Of a DNA stretch of 64,000 nucleotides, positions 61,787 to 64,000 are shown piece by piece. A program made the position numbers and the translations under genes. Source of the stretch: Piromyces finnis finn (Eukaryota > Fungi > Neocallimastigomycota). The notes under the pieces are model-generated. The model was not told the DNA's origin. It saw only the letters and a list, made by a program, of their open reading frames with translations, and ran no database searches. The stretch lies in assembly GCA_002104945.1 (NCBI GenBank), contig MCFH01000083.1:1-64000 (forward strand), in the 5' to 3' direction. The number at the start of each line of letters is the position of its first letter. Positions within the stretch are counted from its first letter, which is position 1.

Positions 61787-63067
61787 CAGGGGCATTTCTT
61801 AGACCAAAAGGCATTACTAAATATTCATAGTGACCATATTTAGTTCTAAAAGCTGTCTTATATTCGTCTCCTTCACGAATACGCACTAAATTGTAAGCAG
61901 AACGAAGATCTAATTTTGAAAAGAATTTAGCACCTTTCACTCTTTCGATAATATCAGTAATTAGAGGAAGTGGGTAAGAATTGCGAATTGTAACTGCATT
62001 TAATTTTTTGTAATCAATACAAAGACGTAACGATCCATCCTTCTTTTTCTGAAATAAAACAGGATAACCAGCTGGAGATTCAGATGGTCTAATGAATCCT
62101 TTCTTGAGATTTTCATCTATGTATTCTTTAAGAACTAGAGATTCATCTTCAGATAGAGGATATATAGGACCATAATGTAAAGAAGCATCTTTTTGTAAAA
62201 CGATTTTACAATCCGTTAGCCTATGTGGTGGTAGTTTATCAGCCTTAACCTTGCTGAAAACTTCCGCTAAATCACGATATGGTTCTGGTACTTCTTCTAA
62301 TTTGAAGTCTTCTTCATTATCATCTTCATCATCAGTATTATAATCTTTTTCTCTATTAGCTAAAAATGAGTGAATAAAGTAATTATAGCTGAAATTTTGA
62401 TATTTTGGTTTAGAGCAATTTTTCAAATTATTAAAAGATGTATTGGAAGTTAATTTATTATGATTAATGTTTTTAATTTTTAAATTTTTGGATTTATTCA
62501 ATCGGTTTTTATTAATTTTATATATAATTTTATTAGAATTTAATTTTTTAAAATTGTTAAAATTTAAACTTGAATATACAAAATTTTTATTATAATTAAA
62601 ATGTAGTTGATATTTGTGTAAAAATTTATTGCCTAATAACAAATCTATTGGAAGATTTTTAATAATTAGAAATTTTTCTTTAAAAGTAATTAAAAATTTT
62701 GAATGATTAATATAGATAGTAGTCTTAAAATATAAGAAGGTGTATGTATCAATAAATATTGAACCACTAATTCCATTTATTTCAATTGAGTGTAATAATT
62801 TGTGTGGTTTTAGTTTTAATTTATTGACCAAGTTGATTGAAATAAAGTTGCAATATGAGCCACTATCTAAAATTAAATTGTATTGATTTTTATTAATTGA
62901 ATTTTTTAAATCATAAAGTTTGTTTAATTTAATTGGGATAAAAAATTTTAAGTTGAAAAATGTTGTAGGCAATTTTTTATTTATTTTAGAGTCATATGTA
63001 GGAAAGTTGTAATGTATTATTTTTGTATTATGAACTCTCTTAGACTCTCTTGAGAGTTCATTTCTTA
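61787..63067 (-). CDS. Element A pol N-terminal part (protease, RT start), entered by a -1 frameshift
   Basis: LILDSGS protease, [17 protein letters not shown] and [14 protein letters not shown]. The frame is open from the slippery site to the TTG at 62972. Confidence 0.85.
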
Positions 63068-63074
63068 GTTTTTT
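62988..63074 (-). promoter_or_regulatory. Putative -1 programmed frameshift signal of element A
   Basis: A AAA AAC (63074-63068) directly before the gag TAA, a 7-nt spacer and a 9-bp stem TGAACTCTC/GAGAGTTCA. Confidence 0.75.
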
Positions 63075-63263
63075 GAGTTCATTTTTTGAACTTTATTGAC
63101 ATAATTATTATTATTGTTTGAATTTTGATAATGGGTTTTATTCTTATTGAATTTCCTATTGTTTCTCTTATTGTAATGTTGATTTTTATTATTATTATTA
63201 TTGATATTTAATTTATTATTAGTAGCAAGAGAATTTTCAAAAATTATACACTTTGTAACCATT
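63065..63263 (-). CDS. Element A gag C-terminal fragment (Asn-rich), cut by B'
   Basis: Open frame ending MNSKN* just upstream of pol; interrupted at 63264 by an LTR. Confidence 0.65.
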
Positions 63264-64000
63264 TGTAAAGACATCAAACGCCTCTGTTTGATATCTTTAA
63301 TGTAACTTAAGCCACAAGTATTATTGTTTAAGTTACACAAATTATATTCAGAAAAAGAAAATGAGACATAATTTATTTATTAATAATTAAAGTTTAAAAC
63401 AAAATAAATTATTAGTTTATTTTTAATGTTTAACAAGTAAATTAATATTCTCAATTTAAATCCCTAGTTTTAGTATTGTTTTTTCATAGAAATAAATAAA
63501 TAATAAATGATTAATATATCAATAATACATGGGCACATATTCAAATTGAATAGTACTTAATTTGAATTGCCAATTGTATTTTACTAAAAATAGTTATAGT
63601 TTAAATATTTATTAATAATTAAGATTTTAGTGTAGATTTTAAATAATAATATATAAGAAATAAATAGTTATAATATAATATAAATGTATTTAGGAAAAAT
63701 ATAAATAGAAGATATTTTTCATCATTTTATCGATGTAATTGTTATTATTAAAATTCTATTATAATAAAAGATATTTTTAATAAAACAATTTTTTATTTTT
63801 ATTTTAAATTTAGTGTTATTGTAATAGAATAGATATCCTAATCTATTCTTTCTGTGTCGACTTTACAATAACAATTACCCAACGAAGATAGAGAATACGT
63901 TAGGGTATCTACCGCCGGGTACAAAAAGCAAGAAAGAACTTTAATTACTGGTTAGAATTGGAAACTACCGCCGAATAAAAAGAAAGAAGAAATTTTGACT
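63264..64000 (+). mobile_element. B-like element B' (5' LTR 63264-63867 plus leader; continues beyond window)
   Basis: 604-bp LTR nearly identical to B but ending GTCGACTTTACA; followed by the PBS ATAACAATTAC and a different leader; candidate TSD CCATT at 63259-63263. Confidence 0.88.

Larger units (their letters stand above)
38271..63263 (-). mobile_element. Gypsy chromovirus A (host of nested insertions; 5' part lies beyond the B' insertion/window)
   Basis: Duplication homology ends exactly at TGTAAAAG (38271). The pol pieces rejoin in frame when B-1 and B-2 plus one TSD copy each are removed (GLRNAP-ATFQ; HVRTVL-QTLLK). Confidence 0.85.

Noticed and set aside
1-64000. rRNA or tRNA genes
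   Set aside because: None seen; the only tRNA-like sequence is the 14-nt Copia PBS.

Overview
This is extremely AT-rich eukaryotic DNA whose fungal non-catalytic dockerin (CBM10-like) and CBM1 genes point to an anaerobic gut fungus (Neocallimastigomycota; inferred). The left part (1-38270) is a near-identical ~17.95 kb direct segmental duplication of a cluster of intronless secreted-protein genes. The cluster holds two M36 fungalysins, two tandem-dockerin-only miniproteins, two non-catalytic CBM1 proteins with Thr-rich linkers and a 242-aa protein resembling a free-standing fungalysin propeptide. Copy 2 carries a young Ty1/Copia insertion (32132-38125, TSD TAGTA; empty site in copy 1) and is then cut by a nested Ty3/Gypsy stack. 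In that stack, host chromovirus A (minus strand, gag-pol -1 frameshift) is interrupted by two inverted copies of a single-ORF, Tf1-like self-priming chromovirus B (42614-55247 and 55385-61786) and a B-like variant (63264 to the end of the window). The 5' LTR of B-1 contains a non-coding element C (48636-54977). C has matching LTRs, decayed pol remnants and the cis signals of B. It also carries an 8-unit array of a covarying RNA hairpin that B has only twice (leader and gag). This is the best candidate for an undescribed system: a non-autonomous retroelement that has multimerised its helper's putative packaging signal.
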